Source: Candidatus Hydrogenedentota bacterium
GTDB taxonomy: Bacteria; Hydrogenedentota; Hydrogenedentia; Hydrogenedentales; SLHB01
DNA length: 11,836 nucleotides
Assembly (NCBI GenBank): GCA_034408725.1
Contig: JAWXCN010000172.1
Coordinates: 1-11,836 of the forward strand
Direction of reading: 5' to 3'
Made by a program: the position numbers and the translations under genes. The notes beneath the pieces were generated by a model, which saw nothing but the letters and a program-made list of their open reading frames with translations, made no database searches and had not been told where the DNA came from. Shown here piece after piece: positions 1 to 7,809 of the stretch (position 1 is its first letter; each line of letters starts with the position of its first letter).

Positions 1-375
1 AACCAACTCACATCGCACGACACCCTGCTGCTGCGGTTCTCGGAGTCCATCGCGAAATTCCAACAAACCCTCGAGCAAGACGGAAACGCGGACCGCGTCC
101 TCACCTTGGTCTTCTCGGAATTTGGACGGCGTGTCCAGCAAAACGCGAGCGGCGGAACGGATCACGGCACGGCGGCGCCGATGTTCATCATTGGCAAAGG
201 CGTCAAGGCCGGCGTCCACGGTGAACGGCCAAGCCTTACCGATCTCGATAACGGCGATCTGAAGTTCAACGTCGATTTTCGCAATGTATACGCCTCGGTG
301 CTTCAACATTGGTTCGACGTCAACCCGGAAACTATCCTGAAACAAAAGTTTGCAACACTACCGATCATTGCGTAA
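1..375 (+). CDS. DUF1501 domain protein, 3' part (truncated by window start)
   Basis: Frame 1 is open from base 1 (NQLTSHDTLLLRFSESIAKFQQTLEQDGNADRVLTLVFSEFGRRVQQNASGGTDHG...DFRNVYASVL) to TAA at 373-375. The SEFGRR, GTDHG and DFRxVY motifs are typical of the DUF1501 subfamily usually paired with DUF1800. Confidence 0.85.
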   Translation, partial: NQLTSHDTLLLRFSESIAKFQQTLEQDGNADRVLTLVFSEFGRRVQQNASGGTDHGTAAPMFIIGKGVKAGVHGERPSLTDLDNGDLKFNVDFRNVYASVLQHWFDVNPETILKQKFATLPIIA

Positions 376-391
376 CGGCGCGCGGCCCGAA

Positions 392-420
392 TTGTGTACA
401 GCCGCAACGCAAGGTACAAT
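392..420 (+). promoter_or_regulatory. Putative sigma70-type promoter for the diguanylate cyclase
   Basis: TTGTGT (392-397), a 17-bp spacer, then TACAAT (415-420), about 50 bp upstream of the TTG start at 469. Confidence 0.45.
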
Positions 421-468
421 CCCGCGACAAGTCACGGTACCGGTCTGGATTCGCGGGGAGACACGAGG

Positions 469-1413
469 TTGCAGATTCTGATCGCAGAGGATGATGCGGT
501 TTCACGCCGTATTCTGGAAGCCTACTTGCGCAAATGGGGCCACACCGTCATTGTCACCCAAAACGGCGCGGAAGCTTGGGAACACCTGCAACGGCGTGAC
601 GCGCCACGGCTCGCCCTACTGGACTGGATGATGCCGGAAATGGACGGCGTGCAGGTGTGCCGGAACGTGCGTGATCGCGACGACGCATCGTTCACGTATC
701 TCATTCTCCTGACCGCCAAAAGCGAGACGGACGACATTGTCATGGCGCTGGACGCGGGCGCGGACGATTATCTGGTGAAGCCCTATAACGCATCTGAGCT
801 GCGTTCGCGGATCGGTGCTGGAGAGCGCATCGTGAGGCTTCACGAGGAACTTAAAAAGGCCAATGCGGAACTGGTCCGCCTCGCACAGACCGATTTTCTG
901 ACCCAGGTTTTCAATCGCAGCGCAATCGTCCAACGGCTTTCCGAGGAACTTGCGCGCGCCGCTCGCGCCGCTACCTCCGTAGCCGTCTACATGCTCGACG
1001 TGGACCATTTCAAACAAGTCAACGATACCCACGGGCATGCGGCCGGAGACCAAGTCCTGGTCGAGGTCGCCAAGCGCCTGCGGGAACAGTGCCGCCCTTA
1101 CGACGCGACCGGGCGGTATGGCGGGGAGGAATTTGTCGTCATCGCGCCGGGCCCGCCACAAAATGAAATGGATGCAGTGGGCGAACGGATTCGCGCGGCG
1201 ATTGCGGCGGCGCCAATCAAAACGGATGGTGGTGAAATCAATGTCACAGTCAGCATCGGAGGAGCGTGGGCGCCTCCCGGCTTTACCGCGCACGTGGATT
1301 CCGTGTTCAAATATGCGGACGAATTGCTGTACCAGGCGAAACATGCGGGCCGGGACTGTGTCGTGACCGGGAGCCTTGAGGAGTCCCCGGGCAAAGTCGC
1401 AACACCGATCTGA
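469..1413 (+). CDS. Response regulator receiver + GGDEF diguanylate cyclase (WspR/PleD-like, single REC)
   Basis: REC domain (ILIAEDD...LLDWMMPEMDG...LLTA...DDYLVKP), a coiled-coil linker and a GGDEF domain (DFLT, DVDHFKQVNDTHGHAAGD, I-site RPYD, active-site GGEEF). Start reassigned from 394 to TTG 469 because GGGGAG lies at 455-460 and REC homology starts there. Confidence 0.92.
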   Translation: MQILIAEDDAVSRRILEAYLRKWGHTVIVTQNGAEAWEHLQRRDAPRLALLDWMMPEMDGVQVCRNVRDRDDASFTYLILLTAKSETDDIVMALDAGADDYLVKPYNASELRSRIGAGERIVRLHEELKKANAELVRLAQTDFLTQVFNRSAIVQRLSEELARAARAATSVAVYMLDVDHFKQVNDTHGHAAGDQVLVEVAKRLREQCRPYDATGRYGGEEFVVIAPGPPQNEMDAVGERIRAAIAAAPIKTDGGEINVTVSIGGAWAPPGFTAHVDSVFKYADELLYQAKHAGRDCVVTGSLEESPGKVATPI

Positions 1414-1417
1414 CAAC

Positions 1418-2926
1418 GTGTCTGTATTTGCAGCACTCCCGCGGTCTCGCGGCCCTTTCACAATTGCGGTATGTTTCCTCACACTTATCGGCGCGTTTCT
1501 TCGCGCATACGCGCTCGGCGGACAGTCCCTCTGGTTTGAAGAAGTGTGCAGTTGGCACTCCGCGTCGTACTCCACATTCGCAGGCCTGTGGCAAGGTGAT
1601 CGCGCATGGAACTTCTATCCCCCCGGCTATAGGCTTTTGCTCAACGGAATCATGTCACTGTTCGGTGATGCTGAATGGATTCTGCGTCTGCCGTCGGCCA
1701 TTGCTGGCGTGCTCGCAGTCCCTATGATATACATACTCGGGGCGCGGCTATTTTCCGAACGAGAAGGTCTCGTAGCCGCGGGAATTCTGTCACTTTCAGT
1801 TTTTCCCATATACTACGCGCAGGAATCGCGTCCTTATTCGCTGCTGATTCTTTCGGTCATCGCTTCATCCGTCGCATGGACCTGGATCATCGAAGCATGG
1901 ACCGAAAAGCGTTCCGCGCCCTTGCTTGTGCTCATAGGCTGTTTTACCGCAAACGTGGCCTGCGCCTATCTGCATTACTTTGGACTCTTCTTCGTGTTTC
2001 TCCAGGGCATCGTAAGTTTTCTATTGTGCGCGCGAAACTTCTCAGGTCTGGCGCGGGCTGGGAGTTTCTACCTGCTCAGCGCCATTGCTTTTGCGCCCTG
2101 GCTGCCCACGATGCTCTGGCAATTCCGGCGCCAGGAGGTTGGTCCGCAGAATCCCAAGCCGGGTGCGAATATTGTTGTCTCGTTTTATGAATTCATAAAA
2201 GGACTCTTTAGCCATGGACAGATGGACACGCGCGTAGCCGACGTTATAGCAGGATTTGTTCTCGTCGCATTGATCATTGCGATGTTGCGAGCTCTCCTCG
2301 ACATTCGCGCAGGCGATCCTCCGACGCGCCGCAAGCAGATCGCGTTCGCCGCGGTCATCGCAGTTTGGCTATTCGCGCCATTTCTATTCGCATACGTCAA
2401 GTCCACGTTTTCAGCTTCGGTGTATACGCACCGGAATTTGTCCATTACATTGCCGGCAATATATCTGCTGGCCGCGCGAGGCCTACTCAGCGTGCCATTT
2501 CCGAATTTGGGGCGGGTCGCCGTCGGCGTATTGCTCGTTATCGCGGCGATGGCGAGGCTTCTCACCTCCGCCTATTACACCGCCCCGCACAAAGACCAAC
2601 TCCGCGAAGCTGTCGCGTTTGTCCGCGCGCAGGAACACGCCGCGCCAAACGCGCTGCTTGTTACTTATTCGAACCTGCCATTCACCTTTGACTATTATCT
2701 CCAAAGGCAAGGTTCCGCGCTCCGCTCCGAACTCGTGGCGGGACGCGCGGAACACATCGAATCGATGCGTCAGTTGGTACGCAGCCGCCGGCCCGATGTA
2801 GTGTGGTACATCTGCACCGACCCTTATCCGGAAAATGCGTTTGTGGACTATTTGAACACGGAGTTCGCAATCGTTGGCGTGCAGCAACTCTTGCGTGTGA
2901 ATGTGTTTCAACTCATACCACGGTAG
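1418..2926 (+). CDS. GT-C fold integral membrane glycosyltransferase (GT39/PMT_2/ArnT-like)
   Basis: Many hydrophobic segments and family motifs LR...QSLWFEE, YPPGY, LRLPSAIAG, YYAQESRPYSL and YLHYFG. Probable start is GTG 1418, 4 bp after the DGC stop (the ORF track starts at 1376). Confidence 0.8.
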   Translation: MSVFAALPRSRGPFTIAVCFLTLIGAFLRAYALGGQSLWFEEVCSWHSASYSTFAGLWQGDRAWNFYPPGYRLLLNGIMSLFGDAEWILRLPSAIAGVLAVPMIYILGARLFSEREGLVAAGILSLSVFPIYYAQESRPYSLLILSVIASSVAWTWIIEAWTEKRSAPLLVLIGCFTANVACAYLHYFGLFFVFLQGIVSFLLCARNFSGLARAGSFYLLSAIAFAPWLPTMLWQFRRQEVGPQNPKPGANIVVSFYEFIKGLFSHGQMDTRVADVIAGFVLVALIIAMLRALLDIRAGDPPTRRKQIAFAAVIAVWLFAPFLFAYVKSTFSASVYTHRNLSITLPAIYLLAARGLLSVPFPNLGRVAVGVLLVIAAMARLLTSAYYTAPHKDQLREAVAFVRAQEHAAPNALLVTYSNLPFTFDYYLQRQGSALRSELVAGRAEHIESMRQLVRSRRPDVVWYICTDPYPENAFVDYLNTEFAIVGVQQLLRVNVFQLIPR

Positions 2927-2944
2927 CGAGGATAAAAGGTGACG

Positions 2945-3778
2945 ATGAGTGCAGTCGTGCTGGATGGCAAGGCCCTTGCCAAACAAATGGAAGCTGACCT
3001 GTCAGCGCGCGTTGCGACGATAAAGGCCAAACGGGGCAATGCGCCGATCCTCGCAACAATCCTCGTCGGCGCGGACCCCGCCTCCGCAACCTACGTGCGC
3101 ATGAAAGGGAATGCGTGCATCCGCGTTGGCATGGAATCGCGGAAAGTTACGTTGCCGGAAGAAACCACAACCGATCAATTACTCGCGGAAATCGACGCGC
3201 TAAATGCCGAACCACACGTAAACGGAATTCTGTTGCAGCATCCCGTGCCCAAACACATCGATGAGCGCGCATGCTTTGATCGCATCGCGATTGAAAAAGA
3301 TGTTGACGGCGTGACGTGTCTCGGATTCGGGCGCATGGCGATGAAGGAACCGGCCTACGGTTCCGCCACGCCGGTGGGCATCATGCGGCTGCTCGCACAT
3401 TACAAGATACCGCTTTCTGGTAAGCATGCCGTCGTGATTGGCCGCAGTCCTATTCTCGGCAAACCGATGGCGTTTATGTTGCTCAACGCCGACGCGACGG
3501 TCACCATCTGCCACTCGCGCACGCAGGGGTTGGAAGAGATCGTGAAGGGCGCGGACGTCGTTGTCGGAGCGGTGGGTATTCCGGAGTTTGTGAAGGGGAC
3601 GTGGATCAAGGATGGCGCAGTGGTAATTGACGCGGGTTATCATCCACCCGGCGTGGGCGATGTCGAAATATTGGCGGTGATCGACCGGGTGAGCGCGTAT
3701 ACGCCCGTCCCCGGCGGCGTGGGCCCTATGACCATCGCAACGCTGATCGCGCAAACAGTAGAGGCCGCTGAGAATTAA
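2945..3778 (+). CDS. folD: Bifunctional methylenetetrahydrofolate dehydrogenase/cyclohydrolase
   Basis: LDGKALA, YVRMK (YxxxK), [30 protein letters not shown] and [12 protein letters not shown] motifs. Start is ATG 2945 or GTG 2939. Confidence 0.96.
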   Translation: MSAVVLDGKALAKQMEADLSARVATIKAKRGNAPILATILVGADPASATYVRMKGNACIRVGMESRKVTLPEETTTDQLLAEIDALNAEPHVNGILLQHPVPKHIDERACFDRIAIEKDVDGVTCLGFGRMAMKEPAYGSATPVGIMRLLAHYKIPLSGKHAVVIGRSPILGKPMAFMLLNADATVTICHSRTQGLEEIVKGADVVVGAVGIPEFVKGTWIKDGAVVIDAGYHPPGVGDVEILAVIDRVSAYTPVPGGVGPMTIATLIAQTVEAAEN

Positions 3779-3781
3779 AAT

Positions 3782-3808
3782 TCTATAGGACTTATAGGAC
3801 ATATGGGA
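3782..3808. repeat. 9-bp tandem repeat x3 between convergent folD and DUF72 genes
   Basis: tctatagga cttatagga catatggga. Confidence 0.6.
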
Positions 3809-3834
3809 ACAATGCGAAACCTCCCATTTGGATG

Positions 3835-4737
3835 CTAGCTAGTTCCAATCGATTTTAGATCGGTCAACCGCGGATACTTGACAATCAAACTAGCTGGCAT
3901 CTCCCCCACTGCCTGCCCAAGCCCACTCTTCAATTCAAACGCATTCACCACTGCCTGTCCGGCGAAATGGTTGTTGGTGATGACGTACACCGCGCGGGCG
4001 CGTTTCTTCATGCGCTCGACAATGGCCAACCATTCCGCCAACTCTTCCCTGCTGTACAGATAATTGTACCGGTCGTCGCGATGCGCGCCTTCGCGAAACC
4101 AGTCTTTCGCGTTGCGTCCGTGCAACCGCACATAGCCCACTCGCGCGGTGACATAGTCCGTGTGGCCGAGTGAGTGGTGAAACAGCGGTTGGTCTATGTT
4201 GCAGAATGCGACGCGGCGCTCGGCAAGCTGTTCAAACACCTCCGGCGTATTCCACGACGCATGCCGAATCTCAAGCGCGAGTGGATATGCCGAGAAAGTG
4301 TCCAGCACTTGCGCAAGCCACTGCCGGTTCTTCGGCGTGCGTTTGAAGCTCCAAGGGAATTGCACCAGCACCGCGCCGAGTTTGCCCGCGTCGACAATTG
4401 GCGCGATGCCATCAGCATACTGTTGAATTTCCGCGGGAGTCGCCCACGTTTCCCGCTGGTGCGTAAACCGCTCCCATAATTTGAAGGTGAACATGAACCG
4501 CGGGTTCACGGAGGCCTTGCGCACCCACGTGGCGGCATGCGAAGGATTCGGAGGACGGTAAAACGAAGAATTTACTTCGACGGTGTCGAAGAAGCCCGCA
4601 AGATATTCGAGCGGATGCAGCGACCGCGGCATTCCGACGGGATAGACAACGCCCTTCCAGTCTTCGTATGACCAACCCGCGGTGCCGACGCGAATGGCAC
4701 CCGCGTCGTCATTCGTATGTGTGCTGCCACTCGTAAT
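3835..4737 (-). CDS. DUF72 family protein (YecE/YunF-like TIM barrel); start uncertain
   Basis: Motifs IRVGTAGWSYEDWKGVVYP (from 4695, upstream of the track's ATG at 4632), FDTVEVNSSFYRPP, LVQFPWSF, EIRHASW, YVRLHGRN, RYNYLYS and NNH. The frame is open up to a TAG at 4816-4818 with no ATG/GTG/TTG upstream of 4632; ATT at 4737 is the proposed start. Confidence 0.85.
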   Translation of the reverse strand: MTSGSTHTNDDAGAIRVGTAGWSYEDWKGVVYPVGMPRSLHPLEYLAGFFDTVEVNSSFYRPPNPSHAATWVRKASVNPRFMFTFKLWERFTHQRETWATPAEIQQYADGIAPIVDAGKLGAVLVQFPWSFKRTPKNRQWLAQVLDTFSAYPLALEIRHASWNTPEVFEQLAERRVAFCNIDQPLFHHSLGHTDYVTARVGYVRLHGRNAKDWFREGAHRDDRYNYLYSREELAEWLAIVERMKKRARAVYVITNNHFAGQAVVNAFELKSGLGQAVGEMPASLIVKYPRLTDLKSIGTS

Positions 4738-4746
4738 CGTAACTTG

Positions 4747-4784
4747 TCCTTCGTAGCCCTGCCGCTTGAGAGGGCGTAGGAGGA
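4747..4784. repeat. Imperfect GTAG-containing hairpin (REP-like)
   Basis: tccttcGTAgccct-gccgcttgag-agggcGTAggagga: two stems flanking a symmetric GTA/GTA internal loop. Confidence 0.5.
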
Positions 4785-4865
4785 TCGAAGATCGACCGTC
4801 ACAGAATTGCGGTTCCTACTCCGAAATTGGGCACGCAGTTGGATACCGTATCGACATCCCCTTAA

Positions 4866-4979
4866 ATCCCCCTTCAAAGGGGGACTTAAGAGTGAGTCTT
4901 CAACGGTTTAAATCAAACGGCATCTCTACTCAAACCCACTTTACATTCCTCGCATTGAAGTCCCCCTTTGAAGGGGGAT
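4866..4979. repeat. REPIN/MITE-like element: perfect 22-bp inverted repeats with a 70-bp spacer
   Basis: atcccccttcaaagggggactt (4866-4887) is the exact reverse complement of aagtccccctttgaagggggat (4958-4979). Each arm is itself a hairpin. Confidence 0.8.
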
Positions 4980-5031
4980 GTTGCCACACGCTGAGCGCAC
5001 GCGCAACGGCAGCCATAATCCATATAAAACT

Positions 5032-5057
5032 ACCGGCAACCAAAACGGGTTGCCGGT
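5032..5057 (-). terminator. Possible intrinsic terminator downstream of the methyltransferase
   Basis: Perfect 10-bp stem ACCGGCAACC/GGTTGCCGGT with a 6-nt loop, followed on the - strand by AGTTTTATAT, about 65 bp after the stop codon. Confidence 0.5.
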
Positions 5058-5080
5058 GACAGTCCCTAGAGCGCGTATTT

Positions 5081-5135
5081 TCGTGCTCGTGCTCGTCATC
5101 GTAATCCGCTACTCCCAACTCGCTACTCGCCATTT
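5081..5135. repeat. Adjacent hexamer and heptamer tandem repeats
   Basis: tcgtgc tcgtgc tcgtca tcgtaa (5081-5104), then gctactc ccaactc gctactc gccattt (5108-5135). The heptamer array overlaps the methyltransferase stop codon. Confidence 0.6.
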
Positions 5136-5767
5136 CTCTCCACCACGGCCAATCCCATGACGTTGATCAGCTCCCGGTAGTTCCCATTGCCCTTCACTTC
5201 GTTCTCATAAAATTCCGTCACGCCCGGCCATTCGCCAATATCGTGTAAAGCGATCAACCCGCCCTGCACGACAAACGGCGACCACAGATCGAAATCCAGT
5301 TTGGAGGCTTCGTATGAGTGGTCCGCATCGATGAACAATAACCGTATGGGCTTTTCCCACGCCTTTGCCGCTTCTTCCGAACTCGCGACAATGGGCACGA
5401 CATAATCAGAAACGCCCATGGACGCAATGTTCCGCTGAAACACGTCAAACGTGCTGCCGGACGCCGCGACATCGGCGTCCTCGATCGGCATGCCTTTCTG
5501 ATGCTCGGGCGAGCCCGTAAAATGATCGATTGCAAATACCTTCTCGCGCCGGGCAGCTTTCGCGCCCTTCGCAAGCCAACACGTGGACTTCCCTTTGAAA
5601 CTGCCGATCTCGACAATCGCACCGATACCCGGTCCGTGCTCCGCCAACAGCATCAGCGTATATCCCTGAAGGTCGTAGAAGTAGCCTTCGACATGCTCCT
5701 GCGCGCGGCTATGGTCGCAATAGGCGAGCACCGCGCGAAGTGGTGTGGCGATAGATTCACTGAGCAT
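5123..5767 (-). CDS. Class I SAM-dependent methyltransferase (Methyltransf_24-like)
   Basis: IVEIGSFKGKST motif I, AIDHF, and LLFIDADHSYE...D...W...GG.IALHD. Start reassigned to ATG 5767 (MLSESIA) because the track's extension to 5911 runs through palindromic repeats. Confidence 0.88.
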   Translation of the reverse strand: MLSESIATPLRAVLAYCDHSRAQEHVEGYFYDLQGYTLMLLAEHGPGIGAIVEIGSFKGKSTCWLAKGAKAARREKVFAIDHFTGSPEHQKGMPIEDADVAASGSTFDVFQRNIASMGVSDYVVPIVASSEEAAKAWEKPIRLLFIDADHSYEASKLDFDLWSPFVVQGGLIALHDIGEWPGVTEFYENEVKGNGNYRELINVMGLAVVERNGE

Positions 5768-5788
5768 ACAAACCCTGATAAAGTATCT

Positions 5789-5836
5789 CGTTACGAAATT
5801 TCTATTTCGTAACGCGCTCTTGAAAAGCTCTGCTTT
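5789..5836. repeat. Perfect palindrome plus a small second hairpin (REP-like or operator)
   Basis: cgttacgaaat-ttct-atttcgtaacg (11-bp stem, 5789-5814), followed by aaagc-tct-gcttt (5824-5836). Confidence 0.6.
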
Positions 5837-5845
5837 GCCCCCGGT

Positions 5846-5890
5846 TGTGGCCGGTCTCCCGACCGCGCCACACCGCCGACCGAAGGTCTC
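5846..5890. repeat. Double-hairpin REP-like element
   Basis: tgtggc cggtc-tccc-gaccg c gccaca (5846-5872) and gacc-gaa-ggtc (5878-5888). Confidence 0.6.
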
Positions 5891-5927
5891 CTCCCCTCTA
5901 CGTCCCCGCAAATTCCCCTCTCGTCCC

Positions 5928-7355
5928 TTACGCCAGAATCTCGTTCACAATGGTTCCCGATACGTCGGTCAATCTGAAATCGCGGCCCTTGAACCGATAC
6001 GTTAATTCCGTGTGCTCCATGCCGAGCAGATGCAGAATGGTTGCCTGCAAATCGTGTACGTGTATCGGACGTTCGGCGATATGGAAACCGAGGTCATCCG
6101 TTGCGCCGATGGTCTGGCCGGTCTTCACGCCCGCGCCCGCAAGCCACATCGTGAACGCTTGCGGATGGTGATCGCGGCCCATGCTGCGCCCCAGCGCCGC
6201 GCTGGATTCCACCATCGGCGTCCGGCCAAACTCGCCGCCCCAGATGACGAGCGTATCTTCGAGCATGCCGCGTTGTTTCAGGTCTTTCAACAGCGCCGCG
6301 CTCCCCTGATCGGTCGCGCCACATTGTCCCCGCAGCCCGCCGGCGACGTCGCTGTGATGGTCCCAACCGCCGTGGTACACATTCACAAACCGGACGCCGC
6401 GTTCGAGCAACCGCCGCGCAAGCAGGCAGTTGTTCGCAAATGACGCCTTGCCCGGTTCCGCGCCGTACATCGCAAGAGTATCGGGCGATTCCTTGGAAAT
6501 GTCCATCAGCTCGGGCGCGCTGGATTGCATGCGATACGCCAGTTCATAGTTGCTGATCCGCGTCTCGATTTCGGGATCGCCAATAGATTCGAGCCGGCGC
6601 CGGTTCAAATCGTTGATGAGGTCGAGCGAATCGCGTTGGGTTTTCTCGTCGATGCCTTCCGGGTTGGCGACGTTCAAAATCGCGTCGCCTTGGCTGCGGA
6701 ACGGCACGCCTTGATACACCGTCGGCATGAACCCGCACCCCCAGCAATGCACGCCACCGCTGACGCCTTCACCCGTGCTCAACACCACAAACCCGGGCAG
6801 ATCGCTCGCCTCGTTGCCTAGCCCATACGCGACCCACGACCCCATGCTCGGCCTGCCCAATTGTGGCGATCCGGTGTTCATCAGAATCTGCGCGGGCGCG
6901 TGATTGAACTGGCTCGTGTGCATCGATTTGATGAGGCAAATGTCGTCCGCGACGCCCGCGAGGTGGGGTAGTATCTCCGACAGTTCCGCGCCGGACTGAC
7001 CGTGTTTCGCGAATTTGAACCGCGACGCCAACAACCCCGCATCGCGCTGAATGAATGCGTATCGCTGGTCTTTCACAATGTCCGGGGGAATGGGTTGCCC
7101 GTCGTATTTCACCAGCGTGGGTTTGTAATCAAACAAATCTAGCTGGCTTGGCGCGCCCGCCATGAACAAATAGATAACGCGCTTCGCCTTCGCCGCAAAG
7201 TGTGGCTGCTTCACCGCCAATGGATTCACCGACGCGGAAGCACCCCCGCACATCAACGACGCCAACGCGATCTTCCCCACGCCAACTCCGCAGTCGCGGA
7301 AGAATTGGCGGCGCGTGGTGGCGCGGAGATTATTCGAACGTTCAGTTAATTGCAT
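5928..7355 (-). CDS. DUF1501 family protein (long, sulfatase-like type) with twin-arginine signal
   Basis: N-terminal TRRQFF Tat motif; [77 protein letters not shown] and RDFRLTDV. Confidence 0.92.
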   Translation of the reverse strand: MQLTERSNNLRATTRRQFFRDCGVGVGKIALASLMCGGASASVNPLAVKQPHFAAKAKRVIYLFMAGAPSQLDLFDYKPTLVKYDGQPIPPDIVKDQRYAFIQRDAGLLASRFKFAKHGQSGAELSEILPHLAGVADDICLIKSMHTSQFNHAPAQILMNTGSPQLGRPSMGSWVAYGLGNEASDLPGFVVLSTGEGVSGGVHCWGCGFMPTVYQGVPFRSQGDAILNVANPEGIDEKTQRDSLDLINDLNRRRLESIGDPEIETRISNYELAYRMQSSAPELMDISKESPDTLAMYGAEPGKASFANNCLLARRLLERGVRFVNVYHGGWDHHSDVAGGLRGQCGATDQGSAALLKDLKQRGMLEDTLVIWGGEFGRTPMVESSAALGRSMGRDHHPQAFTMWLAGAGVKTGQTIGATDDLGFHIAERPIHVHDLQATILHLLGMEHTELTYRFKGRDFRLTDVSGTIVNEILA

Positions 7356-7809
7356 TTCTGAATTGCCTATTTTCTCGTTTCTCGCAATACCTCAACCACA
7401 TCACCCAGACCCACGAACCAGTTCCGGCGCCAATTAAAGGAGCCAACGCTAACAGGATAATTAACCAAACTAGTCCAAACAGGTTTTCTGCCGCTGCCAC
7501 ACCCACATATTCCATCTGTCGCGAAGCGATAGCGCCAAAAATTATTCCCCCGACAAAACACGATAGAGTGCCGCCCAACACGCAAAAAATACCTCGATGC
7601 CCGTGGCGCCCGGCCATCGCCCCGATATGGCCCCACACGAGTAAATACATCAATACGAATATCAATCTGAATGGAGTCGGCACGATCCACACATGATATG
7701 CGAGAAAATAGAACATGACGGTCAAGATAGAAAAGAACACCATTGTTACAACTTCGAAGGGCAAAATCTTCGGTTCGGAGCCAACTTTGACGCTCATATC
7801 CATTCCCAT
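7342..7809 (-). CDS. Hypothetical integral membrane protein (about 4 TM segments)
   Basis: 155 aa with about four hydrophobic stretches and a basic C-tail. ATG overlaps the upstream TGA (TGATG, 7807-7811), and the stop overlaps the DUF1501 start by 14 bp. It fills the gap between the two genes exactly. Confidence 0.7.
   Translation of the reverse strand: MGMDMSVKVGSEPKILPFEVVTMVFFSILTVMFYFLAYHVWIVPTPFRLIFVLMYLLVWGHIGAMAGRHGHRGIFCVLGGTLSCFVGGIIFGAIASRQMEYVGVAAAENLFGLVWLIILLALAPLIGAGTGSWVWVMWLRYCEKRENRQFRNAIN

Noticed and set aside
394..468. N-terminal extension of the diguanylate cyclase
   Set aside because: Overlaps the candidate promoter; the RBS and REC domain boundary favour TTG 469.
616..1575. 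319-aa ORF on the - strand
   Set aside because: Antisense to the well-supported diguanylate cyclase; long stop-free frames are expected in GC-rich DNA.
4766..5160. Small ORFs 4766-5059, 4930-5133 and 4978-5160
   Set aside because: Their peptides (PLNPPSKGD, DDEHEHE, VLVLVIVI) are translations of the DNA repeats; no independent coding evidence.
5768..5911. 48-aa N-terminal extension of the methyltransferase
   Set aside because: Runs through palindromic repeats; domain-like sequence starts near ATG 5767.
1..7355. The two DUF1501 genes as a recent duplication
   Set aside because: They share only short motifs (EFGR, DH) and belong to different subfamilies; no nucleotide-level similarity is apparent.
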